A DNA stretch of 32,109 nt, taken from IMG/VR virus record IMGVR_UViG_3300024500_000075, positions 1-32,109 of that record; one strand, given 5' to 3'. Under the pieces are notes generated by a model, which saw only the letters and a program-made list of their open reading frames with translations, made no database searches and was not told the DNA's origin. Of this stretch, positions 17,093-26,214 are shown one piece after another (within the stretch, counting starts at the first letter, position 1; every line of letters starts with the position of its first letter). Source of the DNA: a virus (Duplodnaviria; Caudoviricetes). A program made the position numbers and the translations under genes.

Positions 17093-18847
17093 TTAGGCAC
17101 TTGAAACAATTAAATAGTCTTGATTATAGGTTGATACAGAAGATTCTGTCAACGTCAATGACGAGTTTGAGGCCGAAGTAGAAGGTTTTCCACAATATAG
17201 GTTGTAGTGTGTTGTAATTTGGCTATCAGAAAGCTGGTATCTATAAAGACCAATATTCTGATAATTTGATACTGAGCCTAAAGGCATTGATGGAGAGTAA
17301 TTAAATTTAAGGGTATTTAATATCGGATTTGTAAATACCAAGACTATATGATGGGGTTCCCCAAGAACTAGGTGGTCGGATATATTAGACATAGATGTTT
17401 TATTTACCCCGTTTATAAATACCTTTGCAATATTTGTTTTAAGCATTGCAGACCCGTTCCACCCAAATATTGTTTCTGGAGATCCAGTTGCTGAGGCCGA
17501 ATAAAACATTGTTGTGCTGAAATAGTTAGACGGGGTAAACATTAATTCTACAGACTGAATTGTTTGATCTATGGCAATGTCAAATCCTCCCGTGCCTTTT
17601 GTTTTTAACCCTACATTTGGGTGTCTAATTAATACTGGATAGCTAAAATTGGCCAAATCGTATTCTCTTGCAGACTCTGCATAATACCCATAGTTATGGG
17701 CATAAGATTCTTTTTTAGAATAAAATGAAATCTTAAATAAAGATAACCTAGGAAAATCTTTTGTAGTATCTGCGCTAGTTAAAGTTATTTTAATATACAA
17801 AATATTGCTTCCAGTATAAGAGTCTTTATTAAACTGTGGCAATGAGGAATTATTGGTGCAAGGAAGCCATGTAGTGCCGTTTATAGACGTTTCTACCTGT
17901 ATCCCCTTATCTCCCTTCCATTCTATTTTAGAAGAGCTTATATTGGCTTCCAATGGGATATTAACAAAATCTTCAATAATTAGATTTTTAGATCCAGGTA
18001 CATCAGTTTCTTTAAATGTTATATATTTTTCTGTTTCATTATAATATGTATTTTCATCTATAAATGATTGCCATTGAATATCTTTATTATATTCATACAC
18101 AAATACTGGTGCAATGTTTTGACCATGCATACCCAACAAGATTCCATTATCTGGGGCAACTATATGGATTGGCTGCGTATGGTCCAAACCAGCATAATAA
18201 TGCTTATATACTTGAACTGGAGAAAGTCCATATCTATAGATAGCTGGTGCGTCTACTAAAAATGAATCTCCTGAGTTTGCTGGTCCAATATTAAAATCTA
18301 TTGAATTATTTGAAAACTTAAAACCTTCAATATTTTTCCAGGCTACTAGCCCACCATCTATATAAATTTCCATGCTGCTAACATTATATTTGGCAACAAC
18401 ATGCATTGCTTTTTCTGAAAAAGATAATTTATAAAATAATGATTCCCCGCCAATATTAAAAATGATATTTCCGTTTTCGTAAAAAATACCAATAGAGTTT
18501 GTAGAGTCTGCCAATAAAGGAGTTAGGCTTGTTGAATTTATTTTAGACTTAAACCATAGCTCTAAAGAGAAATCATTATCTGAATAATTACTTGTTGCAA
18601 ATCCGCCTGGTCCATTGGTTTTATAATAATTATTTGAGGTATTTAATTCTATATAAGAAGAATTTGTTATAACAGTTGCATAGCTTCCACCATAAACTAA
18701 TGGCATAATGTTAGAAGAAAAAGATCCCGTATATGTGCCATGATTTCCGCAGCCAGAAATATCATTTGCAGATGCAGATGGATGAGTTTCGTCCAATGGC
18801 AAGAAAACTATTGGATTGTCTTTTATAACATTAAGGTAGTATGACAT
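17093..18847 (-). CDS. LamG/concanavalin A-like domain virion protein
   Basis: DNPIVFLPLDE...DISGCGNHGTY...FSLELWF...HVVAKY...IYIDG...AIYRYGLS; a second LamG-like domain at the C-terminus (HHIVLVF...LYRYQLS..QITTHY). Confidence 0.8.
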   Translation of the reverse strand: MSYYLNVIKDNPIVFLPLDETHPSASANDISGCGNHGTYTGSFSSNIMPLVYGGSYATVITNSSYIELNTSNNYYKTNGPGGFATSNYSDNDFSLELWFKSKINSTSLTPLLADSTNSIGIFYENGNIIFNIGGESLFYKLSFSEKAMHVVAKYNVSSMEIYIDGGLVAWKNIEGFKFSNNSIDFNIGPANSGDSFLVDAPAIYRYGLSPVQVYKHYYAGLDHTQPIHIVAPDNGILLGMHGQNIAPVFVYEYNKDIQWQSFIDENTYYNETEKYITFKETDVPGSKNLIIEDFVNIPLEANISSSKIEWKGDKGIQVETSINGTTWLPCTNNSSLPQFNKDSYTGSNILYIKITLTSADTTKDFPRLSLFKISFYSKKESYAHNYGYYAESAREYDLANFSYPVLIRHPNVGLKTKGTGGFDIAIDQTIQSVELMFTPSNYFSTTMFYSASATGSPETIFGWNGSAMLKTNIAKVFINGVNKTSMSNISDHLVLGEPHHIVLVFTNPILNTLKFNYSPSMPLGSVSNYQNIGLYRYQLSDSQITTHYNLYCGKPSTSASNSSLTLTESSVSTYNQDYLIVSSA

Positions 18848-18856
18848 ATATCTCCA

Positions 18857-21151
18857 TTATATAATAACCTGAACAGAAGAGCCAGCAATAGAATTGCCAT
18901 AGTCTTCATTCCAACCATATGCTACTAAATTATATGTGCCAGCAGAAATTCCGTTAATATCATAAGCTCCAGATACGCTATTTGTAGACTGGTCATACCC
19001 AAATTTTTGTTCAACTGCTCCAGATACTGATCCGCCGCTTGTTGTTTGAATAATCAAACTAAGTGCTCCTGTGTTTGACCCCTTAGTTGCTGTAAAGTTA
19101 ATATTGTTTCCAGATTTTGTAGCTGTATTTAAAACTGGTGTAGAAGATGCTGCTGCATAAGTTGTAGATAAAACTGCACTAGTTTTTGAACCAGAAGAAT
19201 ATTCGTTATTATTATTACCAAATATCTGAATATAATAATTTGTTCCAGCTGTTAATCCAGTAATTGATGTTGATTCTGTAGTAACAATTTTTGTTGTTAT
19301 ATAAGAAGATGATCCAGGTTTATATACACCAATAAAGTAGAATGGAGAATCTCCTCCAGACCATGCAATATTAAGTTGAGTTGATTGTCTTGGGTTTATT
19401 GTTCCGTAACCAATTGTTGTTGGTTGAATTAAGGATTTGATTGGTCCTAAAAAGTTATTTGAAGCATTTGCATAGCTGCTTGTTCCTACAGCATTTGTTG
19501 CAGCTAATTTTAATCCAACTGATCTTGAAACAGCAGATTGAGTAACAGTATATGTAGCTGCAGTAGCATTGATAAAATTATTTCCGTTTGAGTCAAACCA
19601 TTGATAGGAATATGATGTAGGGCTATCTGTCCATGAACCTGGTCTTGCACTAAATTTTGATCCAACATATAGATTATCATATGTCATAGAAGGAGCAACA
19701 GTATTATTTGGAATAGCAATAGAGCCAGTATAATCTGAATATGAAATTGTAATTTCTGTATTTACAAGGGCTGCTGTACCAGAGACTGGATTTTGAGCAT
19801 ATATCTGTTGGTAAACTTTATTTGGATCTGATGTTGTTACCTGTGTAATATTTGAATATCCTGCTTGCTGTATTCTTGTAATCGCTTCTGATAAAGTTAA
19901 TCCTATAACGTTTGGAACAGTTCCAAAAGATGGTGCAGATAAATATTGAGTAAAGTCTAGTCTTATTGTTCCGCCACCAGCCAATGTAGCTCCTGATGTT
20001 GGTGATTGAGCAGTTACATATCCTCCAGGATAATCTAAATAAAATTGGTTATTTGATGCAGACAGAGTTCCGTCTCCATACACATAACCAGATGCAGTAA
20101 TAATTGATTTAGCTGAGTTTACAGAAATACCAACAAGATCTGGAACAACCTGTGTTGTTGAAATTGTTTGTACACTACTAGAAGCACCAGATCCTGCAGA
20201 GTTTACTGCTCTAATTGCAACTTGGTATGATGTTCCTGGAGTTAAAGATCCTACAGAGATTGGACCAGTATTGGTAAAAGCATTTACCCAGTTTACTCCA
20301 TTATTTAAAGTATACTGATATCTAATAATTTCTGCTCCACCGTCATTTAACGGAGGAGTTAAATCAATTCTAAAAGATGTATTGGTAATAAATGATACAG
20401 TAAAAGATGGAGCAGATGGAGCTACAATTACACCGCCACCAGATCCAGATGTTGGTGCTTTTGTTACACCAGCAGAAGATGCAGAATTTCCCTTTGCATT
20501 AACAGCTCTTATATAAAATGTATAATTAACGCTATTTGTTAAACTGCTTACCGTAAATGTGTTATTTGTTGGAAGTCCAATATTTATCCAAGAGGCACCG
20601 TTTGTTATTGAGTATTCGTATCTTGTTATAGGGGATCCGCCATCTGCTGGAGTAATAAATGTAAGTGTAACAGCAGAATCTGAAGATGTAGCATTTGACC
20701 AAAGTGGTGCGTTTGGAACAGTGCTTGTATCAACTGGATTTGTTGTATATAAAATAACTTCAAGTCTTACGCTGGAACCAAAAGCTAATAGAGTTCCAGA
20801 TGAGGCTGAGGGTGCTGGAGCTTGAGCAGATACATATCCACCAGCAGAAAGATATTGTTGAAAACCAATGCTATTTGAATAAGAATAATTTGGGTCTGGT
20901 GTAAAACCAGCATTTCTTAAAATAAGAGAAGCGGTATCATAATTTAATCCAACAAGAGAAGGAACGAATCCAAGTAACTGTCCAGTTCCTGAAGCAACTT
21001 TAATGTTTGATCTTGTTATTGGTGTATGTGAAACAATAGCATTAATATGTCTATATCCGTAAGAATTTACGTAATTAGTATTCCAATTAAATATATTTTT
21101 TGCTTTTATGTTGAGAGTGTTAATTACATTACCATACTGTTTGTATGCCAT
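18857..21151 (-). CDS. Mosaic PASTA / fibronectin type III virion surface protein
   Basis: Three PASTA-like repeats (VPSLVGL, VPDLVGI, VPNVIGL...AQxP) and FN3 repeats (P.DGGSPITRYEYS...YTFYIRAVN.KG; DGGAEIIRYQY...YQVAIRAVNSAG), plus further Ig-like domains. Confidence 0.85.
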   Translation of the reverse strand: MAYKQYGNVINTLNIKAKNIFNWNTNYVNSYGYRHINAIVSHTPITRSNIKVASGTGQLLGFVPSLVGLNYDTASLILRNAGFTPDPNYSYSNSIGFQQYLSAGGYVSAQAPAPSASSGTLLAFGSSVRLEVILYTTNPVDTSTVPNAPLWSNATSSDSAVTLTFITPADGGSPITRYEYSITNGASWINIGLPTNNTFTVSSLTNSVNYTFYIRAVNAKGNSASSAGVTKAPTSGSGGGVIVAPSAPSFTVSFITNTSFRIDLTPPLNDGGAEIIRYQYTLNNGVNWVNAFTNTGPISVGSLTPGTSYQVAIRAVNSAGSGASSSVQTISTTQVVPDLVGISVNSAKSIITASGYVYGDGTLSASNNQFYLDYPGGYVTAQSPTSGATLAGGGTIRLDFTQYLSAPSFGTVPNVIGLTLSEAITRIQQAGYSNITQVTTSDPNKVYQQIYAQNPVSGTAALVNTEITISYSDYTGSIAIPNNTVAPSMTYDNLYVGSKFSARPGSWTDSPTSYSYQWFDSNGNNFINATAATYTVTQSAVSRSVGLKLAATNAVGTSSYANASNNFLGPIKSLIQPTTIGYGTINPRQSTQLNIAWSGGDSPFYFIGVYKPGSSSYITTKIVTTESTSITGLTAGTNYYIQIFGNNNNEYSSGSKTSAVLSTTYAAASSTPVLNTATKSGNNINFTATKGSNTGALSLIIQTTSGGSVSGAVEQKFGYDQSTNSVSGAYDINGISAGTYNLVAYGWNEDYGNSIAGSSVQVII

Positions 21152-21169
21152 AGAGCGCCTCCCTCAACC

Positions 21170-21529
21170 CTAATCTGTTACAGCAGGATTAACTATTTCT
21201 ACTCCAGAAAGAACAAAGTTTACTCCATTTGCAACGTTAGCATGTGCATAAATGGACTCTCCAGGATAAACAACTTGATTTAAATCAATTGTTAAAACTG
21301 TATTTGCGTCTACCTGAACATCTCCAAAAAGTTTATACTCTTCTTTCAAAACTTGCCCAGATGGCACAAGATACATTGAGAATGTTAAAAGGCCATTAAA
21401 AATATTTGTTACAAGCAACTGCTTCATTATTGATTTTTCATCAAACGTATAAATATTTACTGGTGTTGTTAAAAGTGTAGTAGGATCTCCAAATCTTTGT
21501 GGGGAATAGTATTCATATGATACTGGCAT
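21170..21529 (-). CDS. Small beta-rich virion accessory protein (paralogue of 25453..25770)
   Basis: Shares PxRF...D(L/F)xQV...E.I...A...NGV.F..SGV.I with 25453..25770. AGGAGG SD. Confidence 0.7.
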   Translation of the reverse strand: MPVSYEYYSPQRFGDPTTLLTTPVNIYTFDEKSIMKQLLVTNIFNGLLTFSMYLVPSGQVLKEEYKLFGDVQVDANTVLTIDLNQVVYPGESIYAHANVANGVNFVLSGVEIVNPAVTD

Positions 21530-21537
21530 TATGCCTC

Positions 21538-22266
21538 CTAGCTACCGTAAGAAATTGACCATTTGGACATCATATCACGCTCTACGCCTGAAATTTCTGA
21601 TGCTGTCAATACTCTGTTATAAATTAGAAGTTCTCCTAGTGCAAAATTTCCAAATGAAGATAAATACTTGCCGAGAGCTTGTCCGCTCATTCCAGATAAT
21701 GCTCCAGATGCAGCACCTAAACCTTCATCTGCTGTATTTCTGCGAATTCTTCTTTCAAATGTTATTCCATCAAATGTCATTAGGTATAGTTCTGGAACGC
21801 CTGCGTTAACAACGTTAACAATTGCGTTCATATCATCATTACCTAAACCAAATTTATATGTATTTGCTGAAACGTATCCAGCAATAAGATTATTTCTTGT
21901 TCCAGTACCCTGTCCACCAATTACATACTGATTTGCAGATCCTGCTGTTTTGGTAGCAACATAAACAATTGTAAAAGATGAGTTTGCAATATATGCTAAA
22001 GTTTGATCTGAAAATGGCATATTAAATGCTGTTCCATCAAAATAAACTGCGCCTAAGCCATTAATACCAGTAGGAAGATAAGTTGGCTGTTGTGCTGCAA
22101 CTGCCTGTGTGAAATTTCTTGCATTTATTGTTTTATCTTTCCACAAAGAAACCTTATTTGAACCATCTCTTGTAACAGTTCCTGGCAAAGCTGCATCCAC
22201 CCAAAGTTGCAATCCTTTTTCAGTAAAACGATTTCTTCTAAAGATAGAACGTTGATTACCTAGCAT
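21538..22266 (-). CDS. LamG/ConA-like lectin-fold protein
   Basis: LQLWVDA...VSLWKDK...QPTY...INGLGAVYFDG...GELLIYNRVLT..E..VE...KW. Confidence 0.75.
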   Translation of the reverse strand: MLGNQRSIFRRNRFTEKGLQLWVDAALPGTVTRDGSNKVSLWKDKTINARNFTQAVAAQQPTYLPTGINGLGAVYFDGTAFNMPFSDQTLAYIANSSFTIVYVATKTAGSANQYVIGGQGTGTRNNLIAGYVSANTYKFGLGNDDMNAIVNVVNAGVPELYLMTFDGITFERRIRRNTADEGLGAASGALSGMSGQALGKYLSSFGNFALGELLIYNRVLTASEISGVERDMMSKWSISYGS

Positions 22267-22269
22267 TAT

Positions 22270-22668
22270 TTACACTTCCTCCAATGGCTTGCTTGGCCAT
22301 TCAATCTCTGAGACTGTTCCAGCTGATTTCTTAATAGCCTCTAGAGCTTTAACATAATCTTTTGCAGGTTTATCTGTTCTGTTAACCATTGAAAGTAACT
22401 CAAAATCTACGTGAGCCTCTACATTTGATTTAATTTCTTCTACAGACAGTTTTTCTTTTTTAACAGAATAAACTTTTTTCCCATCAACGTAAGGTTCAAC
22501 AGAAACTAATTTTTCTGTGTCTTTGTTGTAATCAATTTTAGTAATAACTTCTACCAAGTCATTTTCTTTAATTACTGATTTAATACCTTCAGCACCAACT
22601 GACACATTTAGAATCTGCTCTACTGTGCCGTATGCGACAACCTTGTTGCCTTCAATTACGGCGTACAT
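22270..22668 (-). CDS. Putative tail fibre assembly chaperone (paralogue of 31013..31513)
   Basis: MYAV start, YNKDTEKL, and C-terminal YVKALE.I...IEWPSKP, resembling Tfa/APC-type chaperones. Confidence 0.55.
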   Translation of the reverse strand: MYAVIEGNKVVAYGTVEQILNVSVGAEGIKSVIKENDLVEVITKIDYNKDTEKLVSVEPYVDGKKVYSVKKEKLSVEEIKSNVEAHVDFELLSMVNRTDKPAKDYVKALEAIKKSAGTVSEIEWPSKPLEEV

Positions 22669-22669
22669 G

Positions 22670-23650
22670 TTAAGCGCTCTCTTTTACGAAATATGTAATT
22701 AAGCAGGTACCAGATCCACCAAATCCTGAAGTTGCACCTTCTTGGCAACCTCCACCGCCGCCGCCAGTTCCATCAATTCCTTGAGATGCAGATGTTCCAT
22801 ATGGTGAATATGAAACTCTTGAACCTCCTGCACCACCGCCATTTGAACCAGAGCCCATGCCCCAGTCTCCGCCGCCGCCACCGCCACCACCGAATCCATA
22901 GAGTCCAATTCCGCCATTTCCTCCACAGCAATTTTGATCAGATGAAGATCCCTTATATTCTCCAGATCCACCCATAGATGCACCTTCGCCACCGTTAGCA
23001 CCAGATGTATTGTGTGAACCTTGTCCACCATATGTGTACCAAGAGTGGTGAATCATCATACATCTTCCATGTTCTCCTGCGCCACCTGCGCCACCGCCGC
23101 CGCCACCAGCTGAGTGTGAAGATTGTCCACCGCCACCGCCAGATGAGCCACCAGAGCCTTGTTGTCCAGTTTGTCCATATCCGCCACCACCGCCACCGCC
23201 ACCTGCAGTTAAGAATGAACCAAATGTTGAGTTTCCTCCATTACCACCATTTGTATTTGTATTTCCAGAAACTCTGCTTCCTCCGCCACCAATTGTTACA
23301 AGAATGTTTCCGCCTACTGGAACTGAAGAAATATCTACGAATCTACGAACTACTTGGCCTCCTCCGCCACCGCCGCCAGCGTGTCCAGAATTGTGGCATC
23401 CTCCGCCTCCTCCACCGCCACCAACTAAAATAACTTCAACTGAAGACATTGTGTTGGCTGGACGAGTCCAGTTACCAGTTGCATTAAATTTAACTGTTAC
23501 TGGTTTAAGAAGTTTTGTTTGAACTCCACCAGTTGCAGAAATAACAGATGCCAATGTTGCATTTGAGTCTAGTGCAACCTGCATGTTGCTTTGCATTGTT
23601 GAATCTAGTCCTGGTAGGACTGTTAGCTTTGTGGTGGAATTTACGGCCAT
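22670..23650 (-). CDS. Glycine-rich adhesin / receptor-binding-like protein 2
   Basis: F...GNWTRP...VEVILVGGGGGGG...GGGGGGQV...VTIGGGG...GGNSTFG...GTGGGGGG...GGSGTCLITY, typical of phage polyglycine domains. Confidence 0.8.
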   Translation of the reverse strand: MAVNSTTKLTVLPGLDSTMQSNMQVALDSNATLASVISATGGVQTKLLKPVTVKFNATGNWTRPANTMSSVEVILVGGGGGGGGCHNSGHAGGGGGGGQVVRRFVDISSVPVGGNILVTIGGGGSRVSGNTNTNGGNGGNSTFGSFLTAGGGGGGGGYGQTGQQGSGGSSGGGGGQSSHSAGGGGGGAGGAGEHGRCMMIHHSWYTYGGQGSHNTSGANGGEGASMGGSGEYKGSSSDQNCCGGNGGIGLYGFGGGGGGGGDWGMGSGSNGGGAGGSRVSYSPYGTSASQGIDGTGGGGGGCQEGATSGFGGSGTCLITYFVKESA

Positions 23651-23662
23651 TTTTTATTTCTC

Positions 23663-24100
23663 CTATACGTTTAGATCGGCAAAAGCATATGCACCATAGA
23701 TTGTGCTTCCACCGTTTCTTGTGTAAAAATTAAGTACTGTTGTATTTGTTGAAAGAAGTGGTGCTACGTTAGAAGCTCCACCGCCATCCCATTTAATTGA
23801 TGCAGGCCATGTAATTGTATATGAGCCTCCACCCTTAATTTCAACTTGCCAAAATGCTGCTTTAGCTGTTGATGGGATATTTGTAAAAGCAACAGTAGCA
23901 TTACCTGCTACTGTAAATGCAAAGACGTTATATGAAGAAATATCACATGTTGCTGTGCCATTTGCTGCAATTGTTCCCTTTGCTTCTACTGCTGAAGGAA
24001 TATTAAAATATGTATATCCCTGACCATTAATTGGTGCCTGTAGATATGTATAAGTCCAAAGCGCTGGGCTTATAGATTCTGGTATTGATGTAATTGGCAT
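23663..24100 (-). CDS. Small tail-fibre knob-like protein (paralogue of 31513..31908)
   Basis: D.S..N.F..T..GN.T...TN.P...GGGSYT....AP.L motif shared with 31513..31908. Confidence 0.65.
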   Translation of the reverse strand: MPITSIPESISPALWTYTYLQAPINGQGYTYFNIPSAVEAKGTIAANGTATCDISSYNVFAFTVAGNATVAFTNIPSTAKAAFWQVEIKGGGSYTITWPASIKWDGGGASNVAPLLSTNTTVLNFYTRNGGSTIYGAYAFADLNV

Positions 24101-24468
24101 TATTCATTGCCTCCCGTTACTGTTGGAGAAGCTGGTTTTGGGTTTCTTGGGTCATTTGGATCAAACTTATATTCTTGCGAACGAAGTGCATCATCCTCTG
24201 CCATAACTCTTGCTGCTTCTGCCAAACTTTCTTCTGTTACTGTATCAGCTGGTATTTCTGGAGCAATAAATTTTGTTCCATCCCAAGTAAATCCTGGAGA
24301 GACATATGAATAAGGATGATTTGGATCTTCCCAATCATGACAATCGATAACTTCACAAGCGAACTGTTCTGCAACACCTGCTTTAAGTTGCTCTAAATCA
24401 TCTGATTCTGCTGGTAGTAATATTACATTTTCTACCAAGCCATTTTTAACTAATGCTGTTCTTCTCAC
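24100..24468 (-). CDS. Partner protein of the Gly-rich adhesin (start revised to GTG at 24468)
   Basis: AAAGGAG SD then TAGTG stop/start overlap. ALVKNGLVENVI...PGFTWDGTKFIAP is a pattern often seen after Gly-rich phage genes. Confidence 0.65.
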   Translation of the reverse strand: MRRTALVKNGLVENVILLPAESDDLEQLKAGVAEQFACEVIDCHDWEDPNHPYSYVSPGFTWDGTKFIAPEIPADTVTEESLAEAARVMAEDDALRSQEYKFDPNDPRNPKPASPTVTGGNE

Positions 24469-25436
24469 TATGCTGTCTCCTTTAGCCAATAAGTAATTAT
24501 ACAAGTTCCGCTTCCACCAACTCCAGAACATGCTCCGTTATCGGCTCCGCCACCGCCGCCGCCAGTTCCAGTAATTCCAGGTTGTCCAGTGCTTCCATAA
24601 GGACTTCCATTTCCTGCGCCACCTGCGCCACCGCCATTTGCGCCATTACCCATAGCGTGACGACCTGAACCGCCACCGCCACCGCCTAGTCCATAAAGTC
24701 CTTGTCCACCATTTCCACCAGTTGTTGATTGAGAGCTAGAATTTTGTCCAGCCATTCCGTGTCCACCAGTTGATGAACCTTCATCTGTTGTTGGTGTGTG
24801 TGAACCATGTCCTGCATACATTCTCCAAGAATGTTCTTGGTTTTGTCCCCAAGCTCCACGTCCTGCGCCACCTGCGCCACCGCCGCCACCACCAGCTGAG
24901 TGTGAGTTACGTCCTCCTCCGCCACCAGTTGATCCACCAGGAGATTGTGGTGCATGTTGTCCGTATGCTCCGCCGCCGCCTCCGCCATATGCGGTAATGA
25001 ATGCACCAAATGTAGAGTTTCCACCATTTCCGCCATTTGTATTTGAGTTTCCACAAACTTGTGAACCACCGTTTCCAATTGTTACAAGAATTGCTTGTCC
25101 TACTGCAACGCTAGCAATATCTACGTGACGACGAATAACTTGTCCACCGCCACCACCGCCACCGCCGTGATGAGAGCTGTGTGAACCTCCACCGCCACCG
25201 CCACCACCAACTAAAATAACTTCAACTGAAGACAATGTATTTGCTGGACGAGTCCAATATTGTGTTGAGTCTAACTTTACTGTAACAGGCTTAACTACCT
25301 TTAGTGGAATATTTCCAACCGATGCCAATACTGACTGCAATGTTGTGTTTGTATTCAATGCTGTGTTTAGATTGTTCTGAATTGCCGCATCTAGACCTGG
25401 CATTACAATTTGTGTAGTTGAATTTGCTACAGCCAT
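24468..25436 (-). CDS. Glycine-rich adhesin / receptor-binding-like protein 1
   Basis: Colinear paralogue of 22670..23650 (KPVTVK...WTRPANT.SSVEVILVGGGGGGGG...NTNGGNGGNSTFG). AAGGAG SD. Confidence 0.8.
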   Translation of the reverse strand: MAVANSTTQIVMPGLDAAIQNNLNTALNTNTTLQSVLASVGNIPLKVVKPVTVKLDSTQYWTRPANTLSSVEVILVGGGGGGGGSHSSHHGGGGGGGGQVIRRHVDIASVAVGQAILVTIGNGGSQVCGNSNTNGGNGGNSTFGAFITAYGGGGGGAYGQHAPQSPGGSTGGGGGRNSHSAGGGGGGAGGAGRGAWGQNQEHSWRMYAGHGSHTPTTDEGSSTGGHGMAGQNSSSQSTTGGNGGQGLYGLGGGGGGSGRHAMGNGANGGGAGGAGNGSPYGSTGQPGITGTGGGGGGADNGACSGVGGSGTCIITYWLKETA

Positions 25437-25452
25437 TTTAAAACTCCTTTAA

Positions 25453-25770
25453 TTATACGTTTGTAATTTTAACACCAGAAATAAAGAATGTGACTCCGTT
25501 GTTAACAGATGCCTGCACTGTAATTGTTTCTGCTGTATTTAAAACTTGCTTGAAATCTAGTACTACCAATGATCTTGGTGCGAGATCGAGATTCTTGCAG
25601 AAGTTAGTACCTGCCATCTTCAATGTAACCTGATTAGCAACATCTGTGATGTTGTCAAATGTTACTGAGGTGACAATATCTGTCTCTCCACCAGGAACTG
25701 TCAATACTGTAGTTTCTGTTGTTGTTGCTGTTCCTGCTGCGAAACGAGCTGGTAAGCTTACTACTGCCAT
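25453..25770 (-). CDS. Small beta-rich virion accessory protein (paralogue of 21170..21529)
   Basis: 105 aa with the shared motif noted for 21170..21529. GGGAG SD. Confidence 0.7.
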   Translation of the reverse strand: MAVVSLPARFAAGTATTTETTVLTVPGGETDIVTSVTFDNITDVANQVTLKMAGTNFCKNLDLAPRSLVVLDFKQVLNTAETITVQASVNNGVTFFISGVKITNV

Positions 25771-25771
25771 A

Positions 25772-26104
25772 TTAAATCACTCCCATGTTTGTGTATAAAG
25801 TATAATTGCTAATCTGTCCTTCTAGATTAGCAATGTTTTGTGTTCCTGCTGTATTAACAGCAGCAATTTGAGTTGCGCCTGCTGTCTGAACTGTTGTTAC
25901 TTGTCCAGTGCCTGCTGTTTGAATTGAATTGATGCTAGCTGAAGTTGCAGCAACGATATCGTTTACCCCTAAAAGATTTCCCATTGATTCAAGTGCTTTT
26001 GCAAGGAAAACAATTTCTTGAGCAGTAAGGGTGCTGCTGCTCAGAGCATCTACTTTAGCTTTAAAAGTAGTGATCTGACTTGATAAACTATCATAACTAG
26101 GCAT
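25772..26104 (-). CDS. Short coiled-coil fibre/stalk-like protein with 11-aa repeats
   Basis: IQTAGTGQVTT / VQTAGATQIAA / VNTAGTQNIAN. AGGAG SD. Confidence 0.7.
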   Translation of the reverse strand: MPSYDSLSSQITTFKAKVDALSSSTLTAQEIVFLAKALESMGNLLGVNDIVAATSASINSIQTAGTGQVTTVQTAGATQIAAVNTAGTQNIANLEGQISNYTLYTNMGVI

Positions 26105-26121
26105 ATTTTTCTCCTGTATAA

Positions 26122-26130
26122 ATTATAGCA
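26122..26130 (-). promoter_or_regulatory. Putative extended -10 promoter (TGCTATAAT) for the adhesin cluster
   Basis: Same TGCTATAAT as at 8567-8575, 6 nt upstream of the AGGAG SD. No good -35. Confidence 0.55.
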
Positions 26131-26179
26131 TGACTATTTTATTGTTTAGGGTTCCGCCCTACCTATAACATTCTTAATT

Positions 26180-26214
26180 ATACCCCAGTGACCTTCTAGA
26201 AGCCACTGGGGTAT
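26180..26214 (-). terminator. Inverted repeat closing the U32/DUF401 cassette (terminator or operator), overlapping a second promoter
   Basis: ATACCCCAGTG...CACTGGGGTAT 11-bp perfect arms, 7 nt after the stop codon, without a U-tract. Overlaps TGGCTT-17nt-TATAAT (26205..26177). Confidence 0.6.

Noticed and set aside
22740-25220. Collagen-like repeats or GC-rich foreign island
   Set aside because: These are runs of consecutive Gly, not Gly-X-Y. The local GC rise comes from GGN codons.
22670-25436. Diversity-generating retroelement template/variable repeat pair
   Set aside because: Both copies are full coding paralogues. Differences in the stretches I compared involve all bases and many synonymous sites rather than adenines only, and there is no reverse transcriptase in the window.
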